A stretch of 64,000 nt of DNA from Fimbriosthenelais zetlandica (Eukaryota), in NCBI GenBank assembly GCA_977030845.1, contig OZ365110.1, positions 37,634,001-37,698,000 on the forward strand, in the 5' to 3' direction. The notes below the pieces were generated by a model, which did no database searches, was not told the DNA's origin, and was given only the letters and a program-made list of their open reading frames with translations. Below are positions 1 to 13,000 of this stretch, piece by piece (the stretch's first letter is position 1; each line of letters starts with the position of its first letter). The position numbers and the translations under genes were made by a program.

Positions 1-3000
1 ATTTGATGTGGGGAATGGTGATTAAATTGATTGGTTTTTTGGGTCCATCAGCCATTTTCATTAATCAACCAGATGAATGGTTCAGATCTGTTTTCCCCAT
101 CTCATGTAATGTCATTCTTTTATCATTCATTTCCCCATAATTACTATTTTTGATCGAAAATCTGATTGAAGGTCCAGCCACTCAAAGGTATATGGGCTGA
201 AAAAATAGCCAACTTGTATATAAAAGCAGAAGCATAGAATACAACCTGTGTGTGGCAACTGGCTATAAAAGAGCAGACTCTAACATTTCCCTCATGCCTA
301 TATATCACGATGTAAAATCCATTTTGCCGTCTCTTCATTGTAGCATATCCCCATACTATACTGCTGGTACTCCCTTCCACAGTAAGCCTATATTCACTCC
401 AGATTCTACATCTTATTCACAACAGGAAGCATACAATTTCAGAAGAGGAAATACAACCATATTGGGAGAGAGTCAAACCAATCAATCGTCTGCCCCACCT
501 CCCGGGGCATACGCCTGGGGAAGTAATTCAGCCGCGACAAATTCCAGACGACCTTCCAGCAAGCCCTCCCGCCTTGACAAAGTATTCCATGAAAGTTTCA
601 CCACCACCGCTTCATGACTTTTTGTCTGCGGAAATCATTGCTGGGCCCTCGTGTCTGACTCCTCTAAATAATTGAGGCGGATGGCTCCAACCATGCTCTG
701 CTGATTCTAATGTTTTTGCCCCGCCCCATGCACAACAACAATTATTTTATAGGACCTTGTTGGAAAGCCTGTATACACACCACCATTTTAGATCATTTCA
801 GGATAAAAGCAATGGATGGAGTTGGTATGTGGATTTGGAAAGCTGTAAAGTTTTGTTATTTATGAAGAGACATTGAGGTACATAATTACGTGTCTCATAA
901 TGGGATGCTGGAAACCATTTATAATGATAAACACACCGAAACATCATTCAAAATTCTATTGAAAGGAACAGTGCCGTTTTACTTTTGCGTGTCCAGCATC
1001 ATTCATAAAGAGCTCATTTGCCGCATTTATTTCCCATCGCATGACACAGTCCATAACCGAATGTCTCATTTCTTGCAATTTTAACATCAAATTACCACAT
1101 CCTATACAGTGAACATAATATCTGGTAAAATATCTCACTTTTCAGTTGTCTCGTTTTAAGCTACAAGGATCTCGACGTGGCTTCACTTCACGCAGATGGA
1201 TGAAGAGCAGAACAAGCATGAGTCACTTCAGTTCGTGTTGTCACATGAAGGCATATGTGATAAGCATTTGCGGAGATGTTTTCTACAGGTCTATATAAAC
1301 ATAAAGCAGGAAAGCACTATTCCAGGCACGTTTAAGATTTTTTGTCAATACCTCAGCGTATTAATTTGATCGAGATTATATGAGTGGAAACACACATAGA
1401 ACGTCTGTCATATAGTGATACTCACTTTGTATAGTTAGAGTGGCATACATTATTTTTTTCAATGCGTCCGAGACTTAAATCTTTGAAAAAATAACTAAAT
1501 ATTGCATTTCCATATATATATATTCCATACCGCTGATACAGCCAGCCACCAATGCCTGTCATGCCCCCATCAGTGCAATTTGCTTCTATAGTTTGAGAGG
1601 GTCATTTAGAGACATGCCAGAGATGGTCCTATCCGTTCCAGCGTCCGGTGACGGATGCAGCTCTTCTGACATGGGGCTCATTGGCCAGTATTTACCAATC
1701 ATGAAGGCTAGCCGTGATGGCTATTCGCTGGTCAGAGGTCTCCTCGGGGACTCATGACATCACTGGACTCCAGCCTTTTTAAACAAAACTATAGGAGGTA
1801 GAAAACGTCGTCGAACATATAGCTAATGTGTTTTACAATCCATTCCTGTCACTCCTATATTCCATGAAGAATGTAATGGACTTGATAGGATGCCAGTACA
1901 AATGTAGTTTCATTTGGGTGTCAGATTCTGATTTATATAGGCCTAATTATTTAGTGTGGTTATTTATATTTTAGTATTAGCTTCTTGATACGGGATACGA
2001 AAATCTCACATATTGGGATGGGACACAGGTGCATAATTATTATATGCACAATAATAAATGATCCTCAGATTCCCACTGGTCCTGAGAAAGAAGCATGATT
2101 TTTAATGTGTAATAACCGTCGACAGGCAAACTATTGGGATTTGAAATGGAAGAGAGGAAATAAAACTGTTCAATACGCGCAGCCTGATGCCATTTCTTTT
2201 TTAGTGCTGTGTGACCTCATGGTATGGTCAAAATTAAGAGAATGGAGGAAAGCTTCTTCCGTGAAGTGTATCCAGCCAGCTCAGCCAACATTGGTGCAGA
2301 TAACGGAAATTAGAAAGATAAAGTGATTATACCAGTTACCAGGCAATCACTATGTCTGCCTGGCCTGGTAATGGAAGCAAGAGGCTGGAGTATCTGCGGG
2401 TATTTCACTAATCTTCCCGGGATATAGCACTCTATAATAGGTCTCTGTTCTGAAAACAAGAATCTTCTTGTTAACGCGCACAGTTTAGATGAACTAATAA
2501 TTGTGCATGGGTTACGAAATCTTTCAAAGAATGAATGAATGAATCAATCAATCAATCATGGAATTTATGAATTCATATTTCGTCATCAAATTATAGGCCC
2601 AATCAAAGTTCATCTAGAAACATAAACGACTTATTATTCTACTACAAGACTTACAGTGTCTTAATTGTATCAGTGTATCATTGCTCGCAATGAGCACGAT
2701 CAAACATATAAGGCATATTGTACAGTGAAGATAAATGTAGCAGAAGCAGAGTACATGGAACAATGACTAACATGACTGGTATCATTATGGTAAAGGAACC
2801 ATTAGATTGCATCTGCTTATTCATGAAGGTTACATGGCCCAGATAAATAAGGCTATGGAATACTGGTATTTATTTGATTACTCTTTATCTAAACTTAAAA
2901 TCCCGATTTGTTTTTCCAAAGGAAATATCCCACCACAGGACACACAATGTTCTACAGTTTTATCGATGGAAGAGCAAAGGAGACATTGATTTTTGGAGTA

Positions 3001-3818
3001 TTGTTTCTAGATTATTTTCTGTGGTTCATTAAGTTATTTTGGGGTCCATCAAGGAAACCTTTTGTCATTTTAATCAACTAATGGACGTGCTTGTCTTTGG
3101 GCATCAGTAGGGAAGTGCTGAAACCAGAAACAGTGCACACAAAGTGATGACGTTTCAAACAAAATAACTTTAACCAAGGAGGTCCTCGATCTTTTCAAGG
3201 GAGCACTTGTGAACCTGACTTTTTGGTGCACTATTGATTGTTTTTACACATCGATCATCCAGCAACGTTCTGCAGGCACTTCAAGTCCAGCTATGCAGAA
3301 ATGTGTGAAATTAGGTTTTTATGTGTTCGGATGGAACAAACATAGACCTATACATGTATTGTGATAAATATTCCAGTGGAAGGCCAGGTCATTTCCAATT
3401 GGATTCTGCTTGCCAGGAGCAGATCGAGTGGACTGGTTCCTATACTTTTGTAAACACCTATAGATTTTGAACACTATCTCTGTGGTCCAGTGTTCCCATC
3501 TCCTATTGACCACTTGTCACCAAAAGTCTGCTTCTGGACATGGTCAACAATAACTAGTGGAAACTCAAGCCACTAATCTTTAACCTTTACGGTCAGCCCA
3601 CAATCTATAAGCCGCTCAAGTGGAAAGAAATCCACAGGAGAAAACTCGAGATCGGACTTCTATTTCCCATGTTTCCCTACCATGGCTACCATGCAAGTCC
3701 CAAAGTAAATATTATGCTGGAATGCATAATAATTATAGAGTAATCTATACAGTCCACCCTAATCGGCCAGCGATCACAGAAGAAAATAATCCAGCAACAG
3801 AATTATATATTTATAAAC

Positions 3819-4760
3819 ATCATTGCATACAGTGAAACAGGCCTTATCACTCTAAATGAAAAAGTCTGATGTGATTAGTATAATAGGATTTCCGTCACAG
3901 TAGCAAACGTATCAGATGAACAAAAGAAGGAATACAAGAAACAAATGATATATGGGATCATAATATTGATCATTATATTGGCGCTTTTAAGCGCTACGGT
4001 GACAAAGTCACATCATGGAGGCAAAAAATATACTATAGCCTGGATATATTATGGCTGTGGGTCGAATAGCAAACTATGGGCCAGAAAATATGACAAGCAA
4101 CTGATCAAGCTACAAACTTTTCACTTTACTCAACATGGAGGAGGCAACAGATATTAGAATTACCAACCTTCAGCTTGCAAAGTAAGATTACTTGGATGAG
4201 CAACTCAATATATTGTGTGAGCAATTGAATAATGTCCCCAACATCCATTTTTGTGGTCATTTGCTCTACTTTTAAATTGAAGTTTTTGAGTTCTCCATGC
4301 ATTGATTATCCCGACCAGGGAAAAGAAGACTCAACATATATATCGAAATACATGTAGTCTAAAGTGTTTCATACAAGGTTACGCAGTCAGTCCTTACGTT
4401 CAAAGATACAGATCTATAATATATGGGAATGAAAGTAACTGCCCTTGCCTGCATGAGAACATATCTGGTAGTTATTGCTATAGTGACCTATTGCTGCACC
4501 AACTATTCCATTAAGACTCGCAGCCTCATGCAAATATTTTATATTTTTGCTAGCAAACAGAATCTTATATTATTTCAATTTCAATGAATGAGGAAATAGA
4601 AACTCCTACGTGATATAGCTTTATATGGAATTTAATTATGTTGTGCAACTGTTGAATATAATGAGACTTATTATATAGGCAGATGCATCCTACAGAAAAT
4701 GTTCTCTTTGTGCAGAGAAAGACTTACTTGGCTAGGCAAGGGATAGTATTATCAAGCTTA
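3819..4760 (+). mobile_element. Decayed non-LTR retrotransposon (LINE) AP-endonuclease region
   Basis: Broken frames give IIAYSETGL (3819-3845; cf. xIIxLSETWL), DYLDEQLNILCEQLNNVPNIHFCG (from 4186; cf. ..xxGDFN), LIIPTRE (~4290) and TWLGKG (~4725; cf. PWxTxG), in the expected order. Many stops and frameshifts; boundaries approximate. Confidence 0.45.
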
Positions 4761-7125
4761 TGACAATGCATCATAATTCCAAATGTCTTCGACTTAGAAC
4801 TATAACCAATGCCCTTTAGTTTAGTGCTACATAGACCATCCAACATGTCTTTGTTCCAGGTCTCATATAGTCTATTTGAGTATAGGGCTTTACGTTTTAG
4901 GGTTTCGAGGTCTAAACCGTATAGTACGGTACAGTCCACAGTACAACTTAACTAAATAATGGTCTGTAAGAGCGTGCACTATGGGATTTGGTGAATTAGT
5001 AGATAACACAGAAAAGGGGTTGGAGAGTACTAAACGGACCTGCCTATTTACATTCAGTCCAAAAGTCTGCATCTCACAATGTGTATGCTAAGCCACACAC
5101 TCCATGAATCATACATATAGTCTAGAAACTAGCATAATCAGGACTGTACTCAGAAGGCACTAAAGATGTCAGAGCTAATCATTAAATACATACCCCACAG
5201 TCCTGACCTCATTCCCGAAAAAAAATGATGGCATCAAATGGGCATAAGAGCTATAGAGGGCCAGGGGTGGCGCTGGTCTTTCATCAAATTAGAATCTATT
5301 TGACCTAGCTGTACATATTTAATATGATGTTGGAGAGAAAGATATACAAGGGCTTTCTCGTGGTGTTATTAAATGAATATTGTGTTACATTCTAAGCTAA
5401 AATACTCTTAGGTTTCACTCACATGTGCTAGGGGACACGGAACGTGTAAATATCGGTTTTCCATACAAAGAGTGAAGGGGATATCTCACTCTCACTACTT
5501 GGGTCTGGGCCAAAGTAAAGCTTTTTCGTCTTTTCCCACCAGTAGCCTATTACACTCCAATAACCAATTTCGTGATATAAAATTAGAATAAATAAGTTAA
5601 AGTTAATACACCCAAAGGTTTTTATTTGCAAATAGAATAAAATAAATCAAGAAAAATAACACATGATCATGTGCCTATAATAATTACGTTTACTTCCATT
5701 TCTTTTGCAATCGTCATAATACAGACCTTTTCTAAATATAACCACATAAAATGTTTTTATGTTGTGCTTACTTCGGGAAAGAAGTGAACAACAGATGTTT
5801 TTCTGTTTTATGATACATTTTGTCATATGTACTTAACAGAAAAGAACACTGATAAAGTGCATTACAATGTCTACTGTATATAAAACACTAATGGATCTGA
5901 TCCTAACTAAATGCCTGCTGCAGGAATGTATGCATGGAGGTTCTAGAAATGCCCTGTGGTTAAACCTAAATTATGGCTTCCCACACGCTCGTAAAGGCAA
6001 AGTTGGCAGAGGTATATTCCCAGGAGAAGTATTCATTACATTTATGTATGATTCTGCCGCAGAACCGCCCATGTGAACCAAACATACCGAGTGTTAAGAA
6101 ATCGTTTTGCCCTTGGCATTTGAATCAGAAATATCAGGCGACAATTTGAAGGGCAAGAAGATAATTAACGAGGGAGAGATTATAACGCTTTTAATATGGA
6201 TTATTTTTATGGATGTCTGAATCTATTACATAATCAGTCAATATCAATCTTGATGGTTTTATCCCTCTCAGGGTTTGTCAAATGCAGTGAACCCCCAGTG
6301 AGGAAAGGAAAAACAAAAATGACATTTCCCCCGTGCAGTTTATCAAGACATTAACGTGCACAGGAAAATCATGGACATTAAGCAATGCCTTTAAGGTCAA
6401 TGATTTTTACAGATATTCTCCCATTCCACGAAGACAGATTCTCGTAAAAATATCTGATATTTGTATTCATACTGAGCAGTAGCATACCTTATTCATCTTT
6501 TTTGTTTGTGTAGTGTAAGGAAATGGGACATTTGCTCTGGGAACTTTTCATCTCCCGCAAAAGTCCCCTCTGCACTTTTCTGATAGGTGCATTTTTTAGG
6601 AAACAAAATATAAATATTCTTCATTGAAGTATCCTAGTATCGGTCGCATCATTAATGAAAAATGCCCTTTCTCCAACTTAGGAAAATCCCTTAAAAAGTA
6701 GTAGGTCAACTGAACAGCTCAAAGGTTTACCTTATTTAATAAAGGGGGTGAAATTTTCTTGAAGGGAATGTAAGGTAAATGCCTGTAGTTAGTATTAGTG
6801 TTCCTGTTTCAGCAGTTCATTACCTCGCCAATTTAAATCATTTAATGGCAGTGTCCTGTAACAGTCAATTTACTTTCATCCACCGAGGAAAGTTTTCAAT
6901 TGCACTTCCCAATGAACGAATAATCATTATGGATATGGACACTTCATAAAGTATTACCAAATGATTACGGCCAGAAATATATCTGTGGCAGGGCACACTT
7001 GTCAGTGTAGGTTAATTTCGGATTAGGCAATTTGGCATTTATAATATAAGTTATAATAGTTATTCTTTATCTCGGAGATGCTGTAACTATTTTTAATTAA
7101 TTTAAGAGAAAATAATCTGATTTAC

Positions 7126-7566
7126 CTCGGCATCTGAAGCTTCACGGAGCTGAGTTCCAGAGGAATGCAGAACGCCAGTCTCCTCAGTATCATTGAGAGT
7201 GGTGTACCGAACCCACACCTGAACACAGGGGAATGCCGAACGATAACAATCCATATGACTCCCATGTCCTACCGACAAGCATCTCTGACACTGATGATCG
7301 TCTTTAATCTTGACAGTGCTTGTCACCTGACATTGTGACTCCACAAAGTCCTTAGCTGAGAGGTGTTCTTTAAGTAGTATTTCCCACATTAGTACCCCAG
7401 CAACCACTGACAGAAAGGCTAGGATAGAAAGGAATGGACAGAGGAGGGTGTCCAGTCGGGTACTACACCGGGTTCCATCTTCCTCATCCCGGCTAGGGGT
7501 CCTACTCCGAACACCTGTGGGTTTCTGGTGACAGCAACAACACCTACACATATCACAACATGCCAT
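7126..7566 (-). CDS. First coding exon of a calcium-activated K+ channel beta-subunit-like (KCNMB/CaKB-domain) protein, paralog 1
   Basis: tcaacATG start; 147 codons: Cys-rich N-terminus, hydrophobic TM1 (LLCPFLSILAFLSVVAGVLMWEILL), loop with ESQCQVTS, C-x2-C, FPCVQVWVRY and GVLH; phase-0 donor GAG|gtaaat at 7126/7125. Second exon (CSY..., TM2) not found in the window. Confidence 0.8.
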
Positions 7567-7969
7567 GTTGATATAATGTATCTATTATCAATGTAATCAA
7601 TATGGAGTTAGCAATATTGCACCTTCCTTTATCTGCACTGAAGGTCCCTTTGTCTATGCTCTCTGAAGTATCTGCTGGTTAGGCGGCATGTCATACAATC
7701 GGATTCAAGAAATGTGTTCAATCTTTTCATCCAGATACACAAAGAGTGTGTTCTGATGTTATAAGATATATAGACATAGGGATCACATTAACGGCAGAAT
7801 GACATTAGTTCCAGGAAAACATCTTTCCATACAAGTCTTGCTGTCTTCGGGACCGGTAATTCACTCTAGGTTTTCCACCTTCAGACGTGATTAGGTTTGC
7901 AATGGATTTACTCTCACCTTACATCCAGGACAGGCTTTGGCAAAACTTATCATTCACCACAAAAAAAAA

Positions 7970-10060
7970 TATCTCATAAAACCATCTCACTGTCATTTGG
8001 CCTTCAGAATGGCATGGTCTAAGAGCTGGGATTATCCAATGTGAAAGAAGCAAAGAGTATTAATCACAAGACAGATGGTTTGTCACAAGCCACATGTCAG
8101 AACAACATATAGTCTTTGCTTATTTATTACAGACAGAGATGCTTATTTCCCCAGTTATTTATAATCCAAATTCGAAAACTCCATCACACTATGGTAGCCA
8201 GTTAGCAACTGTAACCTGCTTTTACTCATGCCCCACTCGCACCAGGACGGATATAAAAATATCGATTTTCTGTAGCGATAATATCCACTTACAAGATAGA
8301 TCTGGCCTTTGCATGAAGGATTATGACAAGTCCAAAGCTAGAGAGATTGTTCATTGGGCGAAAAGTGGTAGTTTGGAGTGGGATATAAGAGGTCGCGTGA
8401 AAAACATAAGGTCCTTGTGAATTCCTGATGGGAGTCAGTATTATCAGAGATGATTTTTCTCCTTCCGTGGCTCTCTCATATAGTGCCATCTGAGGGTCTC
8501 ACGGTAATTAAGCACAGAGCTATATCTGGTGTCTGATGGTCCAGATTAGGCTGATGTTAATAGCTTTTCCAGCATATCGTGTCTTCTTCCACAGAGCAAA
8601 GACTCGATCCCACATCCAGTAGGATTATATGTTGCTATATGTATGATAAAGCTCCAGTTCACAATGCCTAAATATTATACAGCCAACATAGATCAGTTAG
8701 GTAAAGAAATCTCCGATGAAAAGTGTAAGGAGAAGGCATTCAAAGTTAGTGACATAGATGGTTATATATAGCATGAGGTGGAAGCAAATTATGCCCAAAC
8801 TCAAGACCAGTCAAGTCTGCCATTCTTGGACCTCATAAAACTCTGCTCTTGTAAATCCTTTTAAACGGAATGCCAATCACGATCCAGTGCCTTACTATCC
8901 ACTGCCGACGGGCAACTAGAATAACATAAGAAAATACTCCACCGACGGAGAGCCCGCTAAGGCAAGTTGGCAAGTGCAGTCCCAGGTCTCAGGTTGTGCA
9001 TGTGTTAAACACTTCAAGCAATAGTGAATCTGTGATGTTCTTTGAGGCAAAGGCAGTGTGGAGCGGATCGAGGTAGAATGGTGCTGATCTAGGAGCTGTT
9101 GATGATAAAAGAGTTCTAATTATTAAGTTGTAAGGGAGTAATGGTTTTGGAAGATACTTTCAAGCAGCCCTCTGCCGATTCTCTCCTAATAGGTGCTTCC
9201 ATGTATGAATGCCCTCAATTAATGCTCCTAAATCTCGTTAGGGGCATAGGCGAATGGCATGTTAATGAGGAGCTTCTTTTGAGGCCCACCAGAAGACACT
9301 CTGCCTGTGTACTTCCTTCCCACTGGGAATGGAGAGAGAAAAACACACCTTACAAAATAAAAGGCGTTCTGATTTCCATGAGAGAGCTAGAAAAATATAT
9401 CCGCACAGGAATGAATTATGTAAAGTCAACTTTATGTCTTCTTAAATTCACAGAAGATTTGATTTTGACGTGACATGAGAGAAAGATGTGACATCTCCGA
9501 CAAATCTTTCCCAGAGTTATTGGAATGTTTTAATCAAGAATAAGTCAACCTTGAATCAAGAGGTCATCCAACCCGATTTACTTCTGGTAAAGGATATTTA
9601 AAGGACGAAGACATTCACTTCTTCATTAAAATTACTGTCGTTTCTCGAATACAATAATGCCAATCAGGACTAAAGACTTTCAGGCATTGAAGTCATTAAA
9701 TCTAATGGCTATAGTCAAAGAAGCATAACATCAGCCGCTGGGTAGGCCCTATGTAGGCAGGTGCAGCAAAGAATGCTTGAGAGATATAGCAAGTTGTAAG
9801 CAAAAGCACTGATTTGCTTTGTGCCCCGAGACATCGCAAAAGACTTAAAATTAAATTTTGGATTTCTGACATGGATAAATCTAATTTAGTTGGGAAGGAT
9901 GGATGGAAGCAGGTGCCTATTCAACTATCATCTGGGCTCAAAACATAAATGATGTAATTCCAGATGCTCCTCTGATATCTCATTTACAAGGCTGACTTTT
10001 CATAAGAAGCCACAGCTGAGGTAATAATGAATAAATTTAGATCAATAGGACGAAGACGTT
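7970..10060 (-). mobile_element. Decayed DIRS-like (tyrosine-recombinase) retrotransposon
   Basis: Minus-strand fragments in RT-then-YR order: RLRPIDLNLFII (10023-10058; cf. RPIxDLxxLN), SIHPS (9893-9907), LDDLLIQG (9548-9571; YLDD catalytic motif), WDVG (~8610), VTVANWL (~8200), ILKAK*Q*DGFMRY (7970-8026; YR C-terminus). Heavily frameshifted; true ends not located. Confidence 0.6.
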
Positions 10061-13000
10061 CCAGAGAAAACTCGTCAACCATCTGTGACTGAAATCACAT
10101 GGATTCCTAATTAGAGTGGAACAAAAAAAGTGCAGTAGCAAGGGAAATTCACAGATTATTCCATATGACTCGTGAACATCTTTACGTAGGAAGCAATCAA
10201 ATGTACGCCACTGACAAAGAATAATGCATTCGGGCTTTGAATAAATTATTCCTTGAGCAAATCAAAGAATCTTTCATTTCCTATTTGTGTCTGAGGCTGG
10301 GCCTACAGTGAATGCAAAATGCATCATTAGTGACAAGATTTAAAGGGCCAAAAGGGGCCTTTCTGGAGAGAGCTGGTTCACCCCACACTGAGCATTGAGA
10401 AGCTTATGAGGACTAACTTTGCCAATGACCTTGAGTGTCCTGCAGCGAATCCTCTGCTTTCCTACTGCTTTCCAGTATTGAACCAACACAAAGAATTGCA
10501 ATTAAAAGAGAATCCTCAGAGCAGGGAAGCTGAGTAATCCAGTGAGGGTATCATCTACAGTGAGCGTAGTAAGGAGAAGCCTGTGTATCGAGAGTTGTGT
10601 CCTAGAGGACAGTAAAGCACAGATCTTAGCCACAAAGACACGTTTATCTTCCCTGCCTGAGCAAGATTTACAGCTGGGGCATCTACTCTCACAATGTACA
10701 ATGCCTTCTTTACAACATTATTTGTTTCCAATTTTGTAACCAATGGATTTCCGATGTGTGCATAAATGAGTCCAATGGAGTTGAACCTAGAATACAATAT
10801 GGTCGAGTTGGAATTCAGAAAGATAGCCTGGGGTATCTTGGTGTTCATCACATGTCATAATTATGCTTAAAGTTAATGAGTGCATTTCCAGTATGAGTCA
10901 ATCATTATTTTCGTTCAGCTGGCACAAACACAAAGCTGTAATAAAAGCCTTGGATGTTTAAAGAACGGACAGTGTGTATAGTATCAGCCAACCACCGATA
11001 CAATATTTTTTCTTGTTACATGAACATTCTCCCCGCTTGATTGTAATATTGATTGACTTGTAAGAGTTGTGTTATGTGGTGTATGCTTGACGGGCGTTGC
11101 TTGGTGTCATTTCCTCCACCCAGGTGGCACTGGGAAAGAGAGAAAGGAAGTGTCCTCGAGTTACCCACTGATGAGTTGAGAGCTGAACATACAGTGATTG
11201 GATTTTCTGAGTGCCACTCACCAATGGTACACACACGACCATAATAATCCACTTTCCTTACCTTCCGCTGCCTCAGAGAACAAAGAAAATCTTACTTAGA
11301 AAATCTGCTTTCAACACATGCTCCTAGAAGTGTTTTAACATATGACATTCGTTAGTTGTTCATTTGGATCAGCGACAACTTATTATGTTCACAAGTGTCT
11401 GGAATGCCAATTTAACAATGCAAAGGATTACCAAGCATTGCCTGCTGAACTGAAGGCATTCTTTCAATGATGTGTCCAAAGCTAGCCAATTATTACATGG
11501 AAACGTAAATTATGTCGTAATGTAATTTCGTAATCGTAAATGTGATAGTTCTCTTTATCCAACTGGGATTATAATAGTGTCCATTGATAGAATAATTATA
11601 TGTAAATATTTCCCCTAGATGTCCAAAACCGAAGACTCCATCAGGTTTCTGTACCTAGGTAATCCAAAGGGAGTCCAAGGGGTGAATATCTCGCATTGTA
11701 GGTTTAGTAGATGACCGGATTATTTGAAAGCATTACAGTCACACACCTGAGACCCAACATCTTTAGTCTATGGTATGTTACCCTAGATGTATACACCTGA
11801 CCCCAAACACGATCCTTGAGGTCATTGGCGCGCGAAATTCATCTTGCCTAAACTTGTCCTGTCTTCATAAAACAATCCTGTCAGAATGATGCAGAGAAGT
11901 GATGAACACCAAAATATAAAAACAATCCTCAATTGATACTGATGAATTGAACTGTTTTTTCCTCAGTTAAATTGGATGGTAAAGCAATTGCTTGCCCTGT
12001 GTTTTGGTGTACTAAACTATACCACTCCACAATTGAAACATCAGTCTGGTAGCTGGGCTCCTGTAAAAGGGATTGGCTTTGCTCACTCACACATAAGCAC
12101 ACACACTGCACACTCTCTCCCTTCTCTCAGCGACTCCCCAGCAGTCAGGAGGGCACCAATGCAATGCTTGGTAATATCCTGCCAGCCATAGAGGCATTAA
12201 TATAAAAGCCTATAAAACCACGCTCCCCTGACTGCCCTTAGAGAACTTTAACCTCTATTGAGTTAAGCAAATCTGACTGCTTGTATTGCATGTGTGTGTT
12301 CACAGCCTAGCAATGGCCTGTCACGGGAGATGGCTAAATATTGCCTTTCCTAACAAGAGATGCCAGAGGTGATCCAAGCCCGCCTGTTCTGGTAGTGATC
12401 CAATCAATGAATGAACCTATCAACTCCCCATCTTCTTCTGGAGGTTGTTTTGGCTTTGCAAATGTTAGTAGCAATGGCTTAGAAGTTTTTCTGTGGTCAA
12501 TATATAAAATAAATAGATTTTCTGACCGATCCTGGATGGAGCTACAACTCCTGCATGTCTCTATCGTGCCTCTGGTGCATGTGTGTTGGGGAGTGGGATG
12601 GGAGATTCACAGAAGGAATCTAGGTGCCCTGCTTCTCTAACACCTTCCCCGCCCACATCTCTCTCTATCTCTCTCCCTCTCTCCTCTCTGTTGGTATCAC
12701 ACTGCATGAAGCAATGCATTTCCAAGCTCTGCCTGGACCAATAGTAGAGCACCAAAGAGCTATTGTAAAATGTGCTCGCCACGATCAACCGTAACAAAAC
12801 ATTTAGTGGGAGAACCCCAACCTACTCTTCTCACCCTTCATTCACCTGCCAGTCCCCATATAGATCTAAAAGCCCCGACCTATTTTAAGACCATGCAAAG
12901 AAAGTGTTTTCAAGGAATGCACTGAAATCCTGAAGTACACAGAAATTTGCGCTAAAGACTTACATGAGCAATTCATATTATATTAAATCATACTTAAAAT

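Noticed and set aside
252-617. 121-aa plus-strand ORF
   Set aside because: No recognisable motif or splice context; it sits among broken frames typical of decayed repeats.
1765-1822. FLPPIVLFKK on the minus strand, resembling pogo/DDE_1 transposase
   Set aside because: A single short motif with stops on both sides is too weak to call.
3319-3513. ag|TGT TCA ... TWPS frame as a possible KCNMB exon 2
   Set aside because: Stops after about 41 codons and lacks the CSY/CYY cysteines and a TM2.
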